NCBI GenBank assembly: GCA_965279375.1 | Contig: OZ257156.1 | Span: forward strand, 1,600,001-1,664,000 | Length of the DNA stretch: 64,000 nucleotides | Direction of reading: 5' to 3' | Origin: Gemmatimonas sp. | GTDB lineage: Bacteria; Gemmatimonadota; Gemmatimonadetes; Gemmatimonadales; Gemmatimonadaceae | Shown: piece by piece, positions 31,428 through 40,269 of the stretch | Numbering within the stretch: position 1 is the first letter of the stretch | Layout: every line of letters begins with the position of its first letter | Notes under the pieces: generated by a model | What the model was told of the DNA's origin: nothing | Seen by the model: only the letters and a program-made list of their open reading frames with translations | The model's database searches: none | Program-made: the position numbers and the translations under genes

Positions 31428-31471
31428 AAAAAAGCGACCCCGGTGCCAGCTCTTGCGAGCTAACACCGGGG
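31428..31471 (-). terminator. Intrinsic terminator
   Basis: CCCCGGUGUUAGCUC-GCAA-GAGCUGGCACCGGGG followed by UCGC-UUUUUU. Confidence 0.85.
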
Positions 31472-31547
31472 ATCCGTCTCCCGGTAAGGAGAAGCTGTGC
31501 TATTTCACTGCAACTGCGCGCTTCGCTCGAAAAACAGTTCCTTCTGC
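31428..31547 (-). ncRNA. Candidate sigma54-dependent small RNA, ~120 nt, three hairpins
   Basis: Bounded by a -24/-12 promoter and a strong intrinsic terminator; contains no credible ORF. Confidence 0.6.
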
Positions 31548-31557
31548 GAATGCGCGT

Positions 31558-31573
31558 TGCAAGCACAATGCCA
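31558..31573 (-). promoter_or_regulatory. Sigma54 (-24/-12) promoter
   Basis: Minus strand TGGCATTGTGCTTGCA, with exact GG-N10-GC spacing and one mismatch to TGGCAC-N5-TTGCW. Confidence 0.7.
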
Positions 31574-31751
31574 CGAAGTCATTTCGGGACGACCCGTAAC
31601 TGTTGAGAAATTCTTGCCGTCTTCGATCACACAAAAGGCGAGTTTTTGTCTGCACTCACGACGCATACACACGCTTATGGAAGAGCCCGCTGTGTCCATA
31701 CCCGTGCGTCCATGCATACAAACTGTTGCGCGACTGAAACAGTTTGCGCAT

Positions 31752-32396
31752 TCATCGTGCGCGTGATGCAAGTACTCGACGAACATCGTCCAACGATCCA
31801 CCGACGGCGCGCAATGCGACGAGCGCGTGATAGATGAGGTCGGCAACCTCCTCGCTCGCGCGCGGCAGGTCTCCGTCGGTGCACGCCACAGCAAGCTCGA
31901 CCGCTTCCTCACCCAACTTCTTGAGTCGCAGGTTACGGTCGCCCAACAGCTTGCGTGTATAGCTCGGTCTCGAGCTCTGAAGTGAGCTGTCGTTTGCTTC
32001 AAGGATCAGCTCGGCGGAGCGCGCTGCAATCGTCGCATCCAAAAGCCCAAGCTGGTCCGCGGACAAGGCGTCGTCGCGGAAGCACGACGTGGTCCCGTTG
32101 TGGCACGCTGGACCCGCCGGGCGCACCCGCGCCAACACCGCGTCGGCATCGCAGTCGGCAGTCAGCGACACCACATGCTGCACGTTGCCGCTGGTCGCGC
32201 CCTTGTGCCACAGCCCTCGCGTGCGCGACGTGTAGTGCATTTCACCGGTCGCCATCGTGCGATCGAGCGCGTCGCGGTTGGCGTGCGCCACCATCAACAC
32301 GGCGCCGGTCATCGCATCCTGCGCGACCACAGTGACGAGCCCGCCACCCTTGGCAAAGTCGAGTTCGTCGAGGTTGAGCATCACGTCCGCAGTCAT
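31752..32396 (-). CDS. hisIE: Bifunctional phosphoribosyl-AMP cyclohydrolase / phosphoribosyl-ATP pyrophosphatase
   Basis: SRTRGLWHKGATSGN, DCDAD, ACH...SCF, KKLGEEAVE and EVADLIYH. Confidence 0.95.
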   Translation of the reverse strand: MTADVMLNLDELDFAKGGGLVTVVAQDAMTGAVLMVAHANRDALDRTMATGEMHYTSRTRGLWHKGATSGNVQHVVSLTADCDADAVLARVRPAGPACHNGTTSCFRDDALSADQLGLLDATIAARSAELILEANDSSLQSSRPSYTRKLLGDRNLRLKKLGEEAVELAVACTDGDLPRASEEVADLIYHALVALRAVGGSLDDVRRVLASRAR

Positions 32397-33241
32397 TCCG
32401 CTGCTCCCGTGGGCGACGCCAGCATCGGCGCATCGTCGCGCAACACGCTGCGTACCGCCACATCGAGCGCAGCATTCGTTGCGATCACGCTGCCGCCGAA
32501 CGCGGTGTGCGCCCCCGTCCACGACGTGAACACGCCGCCCGCCTCGGTGATGATCGGTGCAATCGCCGCGGCGTCCCACGGATTGACGATGTCGTCCACC
32601 ATGATCTCCGCGCGACCCGTCGCGAGCAGCAGATAGCCGTAGCAATCGCCCCACGTGCGCGCGACACCAACACGCGCCGTCAGCGACCGCCACTGCTCGC
32701 CACGCCACGGACGCTCGAGAAAACGCTCGTCGGTGATGAGCGCCGTCGCCTGCGCCAAATCGCTCACGCTCGATACCTGCGCCCGCGAGCCATTCCACCA
32801 ACACCCTTCGCCCGGCGCCGCCACCACCAGCTCGTTCACCGCAGGAAAGCAGGCACCACCGGACAACACGGTATCGCCCTCGCAGCACGCGATCAGTGTG
32901 CCCCACAACGGCACACCACGAACGAATGCCTTGGTGCCATCGATGGGATCGAGAATCCACTGTCGACGCGCGTGTGGTCTCACGGCCGCAAACTCTTCGC
33001 CCTGAATGCCGTCTTCGGGAAAGCGTGCCGCGATCCACGCACGCGCCGCCAACTCGGCTTCGCGATCGGCAATCGTCACCGGCGAGCCATCGCCCTTGGT
33101 CTCCACATTCACCGCACCGCGATACCACCGCATCGCCACCGCCGCCGCCAGCTCGGCGACTTCCGCCGTCGCTTCGAGCAGCACACTGGGCGATGCGCCA
33201 ACACGAGATCCAGCACGAGACCCGCTACGCACACTGCTCAT
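32393..33241 (-). CDS. hisN: Histidinol-phosphatase, inositol monophosphatase family
   Basis: SPVTIADR, GEE, WILDPIDGT, WGDCYGY and WDAAA; lies inside the his operon. Confidence 0.88.
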   Translation of the reverse strand: MSSVRSGSRAGSRVGASPSVLLEATAEVAELAAAVAMRWYRGAVNVETKGDGSPVTIADREAELAARAWIAARFPEDGIQGEEFAAVRPHARRQWILDPIDGTKAFVRGVPLWGTLIACCEGDTVLSGGACFPAVNELVVAAPGEGCWWNGSRAQVSSVSDLAQATALITDERFLERPWRGEQWRSLTARVGVARTWGDCYGYLLLATGRAEIMVDDIVNPWDAAAIAPIITEAGGVFTSWTGAHTAFGGSVIATNAALDVAVRSVLRDDAPMLASPTGAAE

Positions 33242-34014
33242 GCCGCCACCTCGAGAATCGAGCGGACGGGCAGCCCCGCGCGCTGCATCGTGTCCTTGAG
33301 CGCACGCACGGTGGTGATGCCGTCGTGCAGAATCCCCGCCACCAGCACCGCATCGGCCCCACCATCGCGCACCGCATCCACCAGATGTGACGCCTCGCCC
33401 GCACCTCCCGACGCAATCACTGGTACATGCACCGCATCGGACACCGCGCGCGTCAGCGTGAGATCGTAGCCCGTGCGCGCGCCATCACGATCGATGGACG
33501 TGAGCAGAATCTCGCCCGCACCACGCGCCACGCACTCCTGCGCCCACGCGACTGCTTCCAGCGGCGTCTCTTCGCGGCCGCCCTTCACCCACACCTTCCA
33601 CACACCGTCGGCATTCAGCTTCGCATCGATGCTGGCCACCACACACTGCGCACCAAAGCGATCGGCCGCCTCGGTCAGCACCTCGGGACGCGACACCGCT
33701 GCAGAGTTGAGCGAAACCTTGTCGGCGCCAGCGCGCAACGCGCGCGCCACATCGTCCGACGTGCGCACGCCACCACCGATGGTCAGCGGCACGAACAGCC
33801 GCTCCGCGGTGCGACGCGCGACCTCCAACAGCGTCGCACGCTCGTCGGCGCTCGCCGAAATGTCGAGAAAGGTGATCTCGTCGGCGCCTTGCTGTTCGTA
33901 GAACTCGGAGAGCGCAACCGGATCGCCAACATCACGCAGCCCTTCGAACTGCACGCCCTTCACCACACGTGAGCCCTTTACGTCGAGGCACACGATCAAC
34001 CGGCGTGTGAGCAC
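33238..34014 (-). CDS. hisF: Imidazole glycerol phosphate synthase cyclase subunit
   Basis: IVCLDVK, GDPV, FLDISAS, GADKVSLNS and TSIDRDG. GTG start at 34014. Confidence 0.96.
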   Translation of the reverse strand: MLTRRLIVCLDVKGSRVVKGVQFEGLRDVGDPVALSEFYEQQGADEITFLDISASADERATLLEVARRTAERLFVPLTIGGGVRTSDDVARALRAGADKVSLNSAAVSRPEVLTEAADRFGAQCVVASIDAKLNADGVWKVWVKGGREETPLEAVAWAQECVARGAGEILLTSIDRDGARTGYDLTLTRAVSDAVHVPVIASGGAGEASHLVDAVRDGGADAVLVAGILHDGITTVRALKDTMQRAGLPVRSILEVAA

Positions 34015-34015
34015 G

Positions 34016-34558
34016 TCACGACTCCCGGATTTCGAGATGTACTGAGCCCTTGGTGCTGAAGACTGCGCCCGTTTCTGCCAACGCTTCGCGCAGCGCGAAA
34101 CCCAATCCTTTGATTGCCGCTTCGACGATGTGGTGCTTGTCCTTGCCGCGCAGCACACGCACATGCAGCGTCGCCTTCGCGTTGTCGGCGAACGACCGCA
34201 GGAAATGATCGTACAACGGCGACGGCAGCGGTCCGCGATAGTACGGACGCCCACCGATATCGATCACCACTTGCACGAGCGCGTCATCCATCGGCACGGT
34301 GCGCTCGCCGTAGCGCGCACAGCCCGCCGGCGCGAACGCCGCCACCGCCTGCCCCAGCACGATCGCCACGTCTTCAATCAGATGATGACGCAGGTCGCCC
34401 GTGGCCTGCACATCCAGATCCACGCCGGCATAGCGCGCGAACGCCACGAGCATGTGATCCAGAAACGCATCGCCCGTTTCCACGCGCGCGGTACCGGTGC
34501 CCGCCGTGATGGCGATGCGAATCTGCGTTTCCTTCGATTCCCGAATGACAACGGTCAT
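34016..34558 (-). CDS. hisB: Imidazoleglycerol-phosphate dehydratase (monofunctional)
   Basis: RESKETQI, FLDHML, HHLIED, PMDDAL and HHIVEA. Confidence 0.95.
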   Translation of the reverse strand: MTVVIRESKETQIRIAITAGTGTARVETGDAFLDHMLVAFARYAGVDLDVQATGDLRHHLIEDVAIVLGQAVAAFAPAGCARYGERTVPMDDALVQVVIDIGGRPYYRGPLPSPLYDHFLRSFADNAKATLHVRVLRGKDKHHIVEAAIKGLGFALREALAETGAVFSTKGSVHLEIRES

Positions 34559-35268
34559 GCGCCAAACTCCTCCGCGAGGCGACGCGCATCGAGCGCGCCT
34601 GTGTACAACGCCATCCCCAGGACCGCACCCGCGAGTCCACGATGTTCCAGCGCCCGCATATCCTCCAGCGACGACACGCCTCCCGATGCATACACGGGCC
34701 ATGCGCTGGCTTCCGCTACGTCTTCCATCAGCGGCAGGTCGGTCCCCTGCATCTTCCCTTCGAGATGCACGGCGGTCACCAGCACACCAGCCAACGGCAA
34801 CGATGACAGCTCTTCCACAAAGTCGATCACGTTGAGCCGAGACGTTTCCGCCCAACCGCGCGTGACCACCAGCCGCTCGCGCACGTCGGCCGCCACGATC
34901 AGTCGCCCCGGAAAGCGATGCGCCATCTCGCTGCGCCAATCGTCGTCTTCGATCGCGCGCGTGCCCACCACCACCCACGTCGCGCCGTCGTCCAGCAACC
35001 GCTCGATCTGCGATTCCTCTCGCACGCCGCCGCCCACCTGCACGGGCACGGCACTGTCGCGCAGAATCTCGCGAATGATCTCGCGATTGCCACCACGCCC
35101 AGTGGCCGCGTCGAGATCCACCACATGCACGCGCTCGAATCCCTGGCGCGCCCAGTCACGGGCGACTGCCACCGGATCTTCCAGACGCACGCGCTCGTCC
35201 GCGTAGTCGCCGCCAACCAACTGCACGCAGTGTCCGCCGCGCAGATCCACCGCCGGAATCGCAATCAT
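34555..35268 (-). CDS. hisA: ProFAR isomerase
   Basis: IPAVDLRGGHCVQL, HVVDLDAA, QVGGGVR and ASGGV. Confidence 0.95.
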   Translation of the reverse strand: MIAIPAVDLRGGHCVQLVGGDYADERVRLEDPVAVARDWARQGFERVHVVDLDAATGRGGNREIIREILRDSAVPVQVGGGVREESQIERLLDDGATWVVVGTRAIEDDDWRSEMAHRFPGRLIVAADVRERLVVTRGWAETSRLNVIDFVEELSSLPLAGVLVTAVHLEGKMQGTDLPLMEDVAEASAWPVYASGGVSSLEDMRALEHRGLAGAVLGMALYTGALDARRLAEEFGA

Positions 35269-35978
35269 CCCTGCTCCACGATTGTTGAAGGTGCCGCTGA
35301 GGACGGTGAGATACGCGCTCGACGCTCCGCCGCGCGACGATCACGCACTCGCGTCGCCTCGTCGAGAAACGCGCCTACAAATCGGACACCCGGTGCACTC
35401 GACTTTTCCGGATGGAACTGCGCACCCACCACGGCACCCACGCGCACCGCCGCGGCAAAACGATCCCCTTCGTGCGTGCTCCACGCAACGACCGCCCCTT
35501 CCGCGCCCGTCGCCGGACGACAGACATAGCTGTTGGCATAGTACGCCACATCCAGCGCGGACTCACGCAGCAAGCCGTCCGACGCATCCTCCAGCCGATT
35601 CCACCCGATCTGCGGCACCCGCTCCGCCTGCAGCTTCGTCACTCGACCGGGCACGATGCCAAGCCCATCACCCGGGCCCTCGTCGCTTGCGTCGAAGAGC
35701 AGCTGCATCCCCAGACAGATGCCCAGACACGGCAAGCCGCCCATCAACGCCTCGCGCATTGCGTCTCGACCCGGCGCCAATCGTTCTGCCGCGGGCGTAA
35801 ACGCACCAACCCCCGGCAGCACCAGCGCGTCGGTATCGCGCACCGCCGCCACGGGGTCCGTTTCGACGCGCACCTTTGCGCCACTCAGCTCCAGCGCTTT
35901 AACCAGCGAGTGCAGGTTGCCCGCGCCGTAGTCGAACACGGTCACGCGCAGTACCCCTTCCACGACGTCGTCAATCAT
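35265..35978 (-). CDS. hisH: IGP synthase glutamine amidotransferase subunit
   Basis: DYGAGNL, LPGVGAF, GICLGMQLL and QFHPEKS. Confidence 0.95.
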   Translation of the reverse strand: MIDDVVEGVLRVTVFDYGAGNLHSLVKALELSGAKVRVETDPVAAVRDTDALVLPGVGAFTPAAERLAPGRDAMREALMGGLPCLGICLGMQLLFDASDEGPGDGLGIVPGRVTKLQAERVPQIGWNRLEDASDGLLRESALDVAYYANSYVCRPATGAEGAVVAWSTHEGDRFAAAVRVGAVVGAQFHPEKSSAPGVRFVGAFLDEATRVRDRRAAERRARISPSSAAPSTIVEQG

Positions 35979-37048
35979 CCGTTCACCTCGGCCATCGCCG
36001 GTCCCAGTGCATCGAGCAGTCGCTGCATGAACGGCCACGGTCCCACCGAGATGCGCAGCGCATCGCCCACATGCGGCAACGCAGGGAACGGACGCACCGC
36101 CACGCCGCGCGCACGCAATGCCGCGCCAACGGCCACGCAATTCGCCACCGGCACGCACACGAAGTTCGCGTGCGACGGCATCGGCGAGAGCCCCATCGCG
36201 CGCAACGCATCGGCCAGTCGCTCGCGCAATGTCACCGCCAGCGCGACGTGTTCCTGCACCCACGTCAGGTCATCGCGAACCGCCGCCAACGCCATTCGTT
36301 CAGCGAGAGCATTCAGCTTGTACGGCCCGCGCGACTTCTCCACTTCCATCACCAGCTTCGGCTGCCCGATCGCATACCCAACGCGCAGCCCCGCCAATCC
36401 GAACGCCTTGGACATCGTGCGAATCACCAACACGCGGTCCGACTTGGCGACGAGATCCACCGCAGACACGCCCGCAAACTCCGCGTACGCTTCGTCGATG
36501 AACACCACGCCAGTCGACTCGGCGATCACGCGTTCCATCGTCTCGCGCGCGATCACTGCACCCGTAGGGTTATTGGGCGTGCACAGGTAGACGATCTTCG
36601 CGTTGGCGGCGAGCAACCCGTCTACATCCGGCTGCTGATCGGCCAGCTCGGTTACTCCCACGTACTCGAGCGCATTCATGCGCGCGAAGATCGGAATCAT
36701 CGCAAACGACGGCTCGGAGCCCGTCACCACATCGCCCGGCTCGCCAAAGGCACGCATCGCCGAATCGAGAATATCGTCCGAGCCACAGCCGGTCACGATC
36801 ATCTCCGGCGACACGCCCAGATACTCCGCCAGCGCTGCCTTGAGCTCCGCCGCGTACAACGTCGGGTAGCGCGTCACCGCCGACGACACCACCTCGCGCA
36901 TCGTGCGCTCGGCGGCGGGCGGAATGCCCCACAGGTTCGTGTTGTCGGTGAGGTCGAGATCGATCGGCGCGCGCTTGGGATCGTAGAGCGGCACGGCATC
37001 GTACGCCGCGCGGGCGATCGCGAGGCGGTCCGTAGTTGTTGTGGTCAT
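35975..37048 (-). CDS. hisC: Histidinol-phosphate aminotransferase
   Basis: GSDDIL, PNNPTG, DEAYAEF and RTMSKAFGLAGLRVGY. Confidence 0.95.
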   Translation of the reverse strand: MTTTTTDRLAIARAAYDAVPLYDPKRAPIDLDLTDNTNLWGIPPAAERTMREVVSSAVTRYPTLYAAELKAALAEYLGVSPEMIVTGCGSDDILDSAMRAFGEPGDVVTGSEPSFAMIPIFARMNALEYVGVTELADQQPDVDGLLAANAKIVYLCTPNNPTGAVIARETMERVIAESTGVVFIDEAYAEFAGVSAVDLVAKSDRVLVIRTMSKAFGLAGLRVGYAIGQPKLVMEVEKSRGPYKLNALAERMALAAVRDDLTWVQEHVALAVTLRERLADALRAMGLSPMPSHANFVCVPVANCVAVGAALRARGVAVRPFPALPHVGDALRISVGPWPFMQRLLDALGPAMAEVNG

Positions 37049-38379
37049 GTGGTCCTCCACGCGCGTGCGGCGGCCGCATGTCCAGGCAGCCCTTCGGAAT
37101 CGGCAAAGCGACCGACATCATCCGCCAGTCGCGCGGCAGCATCGGGCGACACACGTTGCCATGTGGTCCAGCGCACGAAGTCGAGGGTGGACAATCCCGA
37201 GTAGCAACGCGCCGCGCCCGCCGTCGGCAACACGTGGTTAGCGCCAGTCATGTAGTCGCCAAACGCCACCGCGCTGCTCTCGCCAACGAATACCGTTCCA
37301 GCGCTGCGCAACGCGCTGAGTGTCGCGTCACGTACCTCGTCGCCAACGATCAGCAACAGGTGTTCCGCCGCCCATTCGTTCGCGAAGGCCACCCCTTCAC
37401 GCAGCGATGGCGTCGTCACGATCGCGCCGCGCGCGGCCAACGCCGTGCGCACGATCGATTGCCTCGGCGCAGCATTGACGGCGGCCGTCAGTTCCGCTTC
37501 CAGTGCGGCCACGCGTTCTGCGCTGTGCGCGCCCACCAACACCGCCACCACCGCGGCGTCGGGATCGTGCTCCGCCTGCGCCACCAGCTCGCGCGCGATC
37601 GCGCTGGGCGACGCCGATTCGTCGGCCAGCACCAGCAACTCGCTCGGACCGGCTGGCGCGTCGATGGCCACGTGCGCCACCAGCTGCAGCTTCGCCTCCG
37701 CCACGTAGGCGTTGCCCGGTCCCATGACGCGGTCCACCTGAGGAATCGTCGGCGTTCCCATCGCCAGCGCTGCGATGGCGCCAGCGCCACCGATCGCAAA
37801 CACACGGTCCACATTCGCCAGCGCCGCGGCGGCGAGCACCACGTCGGAGGGCATGCCGTTTGGACCCGGAGGGGAGCAGACGATGATCTTGCCCACGCCC
37901 GCCACACGCGCCGGAATGGCGCCCATCAGCAGAGAGCTGGGGTATGCCGCTCGTCCGCCGGGGGCGTACACACCCACGCGGCCCAGTGGATCGGGGCGAC
38001 GTCCAACCACGATCCCCGGCTCCGGCGAGACCTCCACCGCCTCGGGGAGAAACGCCCGATGCACCGCAGCGATGTTGCGCGCTGCCCGTTCCAGCGCGTC
38101 GCGCAGCGCGGGATCGAGCTGATCGAGCGCCTCGGTCCACCGTTCGCGCGGGACCTCCAGCGCCGTCAATACAACCCCGTCGAACTCGCTGGCCATCTCA
38201 CGCAACGCCAGGTCGCCGTCGCGTCGCACGCGCTCGATGATGGCGGTCGTACGCGCCCGCACCGTCGGGTCGCCACTCAACGTGCGGTCCGTGATCGTGC
38301 GCCGTGTGTCCGTATCGAGCGACGCCAGCGGACCGCTCGCGCGCAGTTCGACCGGGGTGGTCGTCTCGGACACGCTCAT
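37045..38379 (-). CDS. hisD: Histidinol dehydrogenase
   Basis: YAPGGRAAYPSS, GPGNAYV, AGPSE, QAEHD, EHL and GDY..GANHVLPT. Confidence 0.97.
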   Translation of the reverse strand: MSVSETTTPVELRASGPLASLDTDTRRTITDRTLSGDPTVRARTTAIIERVRRDGDLALREMASEFDGVVLTALEVPRERWTEALDQLDPALRDALERAARNIAAVHRAFLPEAVEVSPEPGIVVGRRPDPLGRVGVYAPGGRAAYPSSLLMGAIPARVAGVGKIIVCSPPGPNGMPSDVVLAAAALANVDRVFAIGGAGAIAALAMGTPTIPQVDRVMGPGNAYVAEAKLQLVAHVAIDAPAGPSELLVLADESASPSAIARELVAQAEHDPDAAVVAVLVGAHSAERVAALEAELTAAVNAAPRQSIVRTALAARGAIVTTPSLREGVAFANEWAAEHLLLIVGDEVRDATLSALRSAGTVFVGESSAVAFGDYMTGANHVLPTAGAARCYSGLSTLDFVRWTTWQRVSPDAAARLADDVGRFADSEGLPGHAAAARAWRTT

Positions 38380-39254
38380 GGCACCAGTCGCTCGATGCGG
38401 GTGACGAGAATGCCCTCGCCGCCGAGTGCGCGGAGCTGGGAAATCGTGCGGTAGATCGTGTCTGCAGCCACGACGGCGTGCACGGCGACGAAGCGACCGC
38501 CGTCGGCGATGTCGATGACGGTGGGGCCGTTGAGTCCCGGGAGAACGGCGCGCACAGCTTCCATCGCATCTCGCGGGACGTTGGCCATGAGGTACCGCTG
38601 CCCGCGCGCGCGAATGACCGACGCGAGCGCCGTGACCAGATCGTCGAGATGCTGGCGGCTGGCCGGGGCACCGTTGCGGGGGCCGTCGGTGGCGGTGACG
38701 AGGTGTGCGCTGGAGAGCAGCACTGTTTCCACTTCGCGGAGCCCGTTCACCCGAAGCGTGGACCCGGTGGACGTCAGATCGATCACGACGTCGGCGATCC
38801 CCAGGTGTGGCGCGATCTCGGCGGCGCCGGACACCGGCACGATCTCGACCGGGCGCCCGCGTTGGGCAAAGAACGCGCGGGCAATGCGCGGGAAAACCGT
38901 CGCCACCCGGGCGGGCTTGGCGTCACTCCCGATCTGCTCGACCGACGTAATTCCCGCATCGTCCTTGGCCGCGACCACCAGGCGGCAGCGACCGAAGCCC
39001 AGGTCGAGGTGGGACACGAGGGGGCGTTCCGACTCGCAGACCAGGTCCCAGCCGGTCACCCCCACGTCGGCGGCGCCATCGGCGACGAACTCGGGGATGT
39101 CCTGGGCCCGCACGAAGATGGCTTCGAACTCGCCGCCCAGTGACGCGGTCAGGGAGCGCTCGCTCGAGGAGCGCACCTCCAGACCGGCGTCATTGAACAG
39201 CTCACGGGTGTCTTCACTGAGGCGCCCCTTATTGGGGAGGGCAATGCGCAGCAT
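38376..39254 (-). CDS. hisG: ATP phosphoribosyltransferase, long form
   Basis: IALPNKGRL, RAQDIP, DLTSTGSTLR and C-terminal regulatory domain LPGLNGPTV. Confidence 0.96.
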   Translation of the reverse strand: MLRIALPNKGRLSEDTRELFNDAGLEVRSSSERSLTASLGGEFEAIFVRAQDIPEFVADGAADVGVTGWDLVCESERPLVSHLDLGFGRCRLVVAAKDDAGITSVEQIGSDAKPARVATVFPRIARAFFAQRGRPVEIVPVSGAAEIAPHLGIADVVIDLTSTGSTLRVNGLREVETVLLSSAHLVTATDGPRNGAPASRQHLDDLVTALASVIRARGQRYLMANVPRDAMEAVRAVLPGLNGPTVIDIADGGRFVAVHAVVAADTIYRTISQLRALGGEGILVTRIERLVP

Positions 39255-39303
39255 GGGGTGTCCGGGATGTCGCGGGGTATCGGGAGACGGACGGTGCCAA
39301 GAC

Positions 39304-39332
39304 AAAAAAGGCCCGTCCGGAGGGGACGGGCC
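39304..39332 (-). terminator. his attenuator terminator
   Basis: GGCCCGUCC-CCUCC-GGACGGGCC-UUUUUU between the leader ORF and hisG. Confidence 0.9.
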
Positions 39333-39372
39333 GAAGCAGGCTTAGAACGGTCGGGTCAGCGATCGACGCTGG

Positions 39373-39456
39373 TCACCCACACACGCGCACAGCGCCTCGA
39401 CCCGTCGGGCCGTGACCGTGATGCGCATGATGGTGGCGGAGAGCGTTGGTGATCAT
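39373..39456 (-). CDS. hisL: his operon leader peptide, 27 aa (MITNALRHHHAHHGHGPTGRGAVRVCG)
   Basis: 6 His codons in 8 positions, directly upstream of the terminator and hisG. Confidence 0.85.
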   Translation of the reverse strand: MITNALRHHHAHHGHGPTGRGAVRVCG

Positions 39457-39465
39457 TGTCGTAGG

Positions 39466-39494
39466 AGCGTAGCCGTCGTGGCCGGTATCGTCAA
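39466..39494 (-). promoter_or_regulatory. Sigma70-type promoter of the his leader
   Basis: TTGACG-17 nt-TACGCT, ending 9 nt before the leader ATG. Confidence 0.7.
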
Positions 39495-39530
39495 GCTCGG
39501 CAATGGGGAGCAGTTTGCTTCCCCGTGCGC

Positions 39531-39548
39531 TTGTGAATAACTTCACAA
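39531..39548. promoter_or_regulatory. Rex-type operator
   Basis: TTGTGAA-TAAC-TTCACAA, an exact match to the Rex consensus TTGTGAA-N4-TTCACAA. Confidence 0.75.
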
Positions 39549-39627
39549 TGCTTGCAGGGCCCTGCGAGCAGCAGGGCAAGTTCCTGTTGATGACACAAAT
39601 TCGAACAGGCTATGGAGGCCTCTCGAC

Positions 39628-40128
39628 ATGAAGTTCTTCGGTAAGGCGGTTCTGGCGGGTGCGGCGCTCGTGCTCAGCGCGTGCGGCGGCGAAAAGGCGG
39701 CTCCGGCTGCGGATACGGCGGCTCCGGCGATGGCGGCTCCGGCTGAGGCCCCTGCGGCCGCTCCGGCGACGGGCGCGATGGCCCCGATCACGGGCACGAC
39801 GCATGAAGTGAAGATGATCGGCGACGGCACGGGCTATAAGTTCGAGCCGGCTGAACTGACCATCAAGGCGGGCGACGGCATCAAGTTCGTGTTCGTCTCG
39901 GGTGGCCCGCACAACGTGGCGTTCGACGCCGCGTCGCTGTCCCCGGAAGCGAAGACGGCCCTCACGGCCAACATGCCGGAGCAGGCGGGCGAGCTGTCGG
40001 GCAAGATGCTCCTCAACGCTGGTGAGAGCTACACGGTCTCGTTCGGCAACGTCCCGGCCGGTTCGTATGACTTCCATTGCACGCCGCACCTCGCGATGGG
40101 CATGAAGGGCAAGGTCACGGTCCAGTAA
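39628..40128 (+). CDS. Plastocyanin/auracyanin-like blue copper lipoprotein
   Basis: GGAGG SD; lipobox LSAC; Ala/Pro linker; type-1 Cu ligands HNV...CTPH...M. Confidence 0.92.
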   Translation: MKFFGKAVLAGAALVLSACGGEKAAPAADTAAPAMAAPAEAPAAAPATGAMAPITGTTHEVKMIGDGTGYKFEPAELTIKAGDGIKFVFVSGGPHNVAFDAASLSPEAKTALTANMPEQAGELSGKMLLNAGESYTVSFGNVPAGSYDFHCTPHLAMGMKGKVTVQ

Positions 40129-40149
40129 TCGGACCGCTGTGCTGCAGGT

Positions 40150-40182
40150 CGCGGGGGCTGGCGCTTAGCGCCGGCCCCCGCG
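40150..40182 (+). terminator. GC-rich hairpin after the cupredoxin gene
   Basis: cgcgggggctggcgc-tta-gcgccggcccccgcg with a weak U tract. Confidence 0.65.
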
Positions 40183-40269
40183 CTCGTTTCATTGCAATAC
40201 GTCGCAAGACTTCATTCATGGCGAATCCGTCGCTTCTCCACCGCACCACGCGACTCTTCCGGCTCCTCG

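Noticed and set aside
31497..31766. Short Cys-rich ORFs in the gap after hisIE
   Set aside because: No SD, atypical codon use, and they overlap the promoter and terminator signals that explain the region better.
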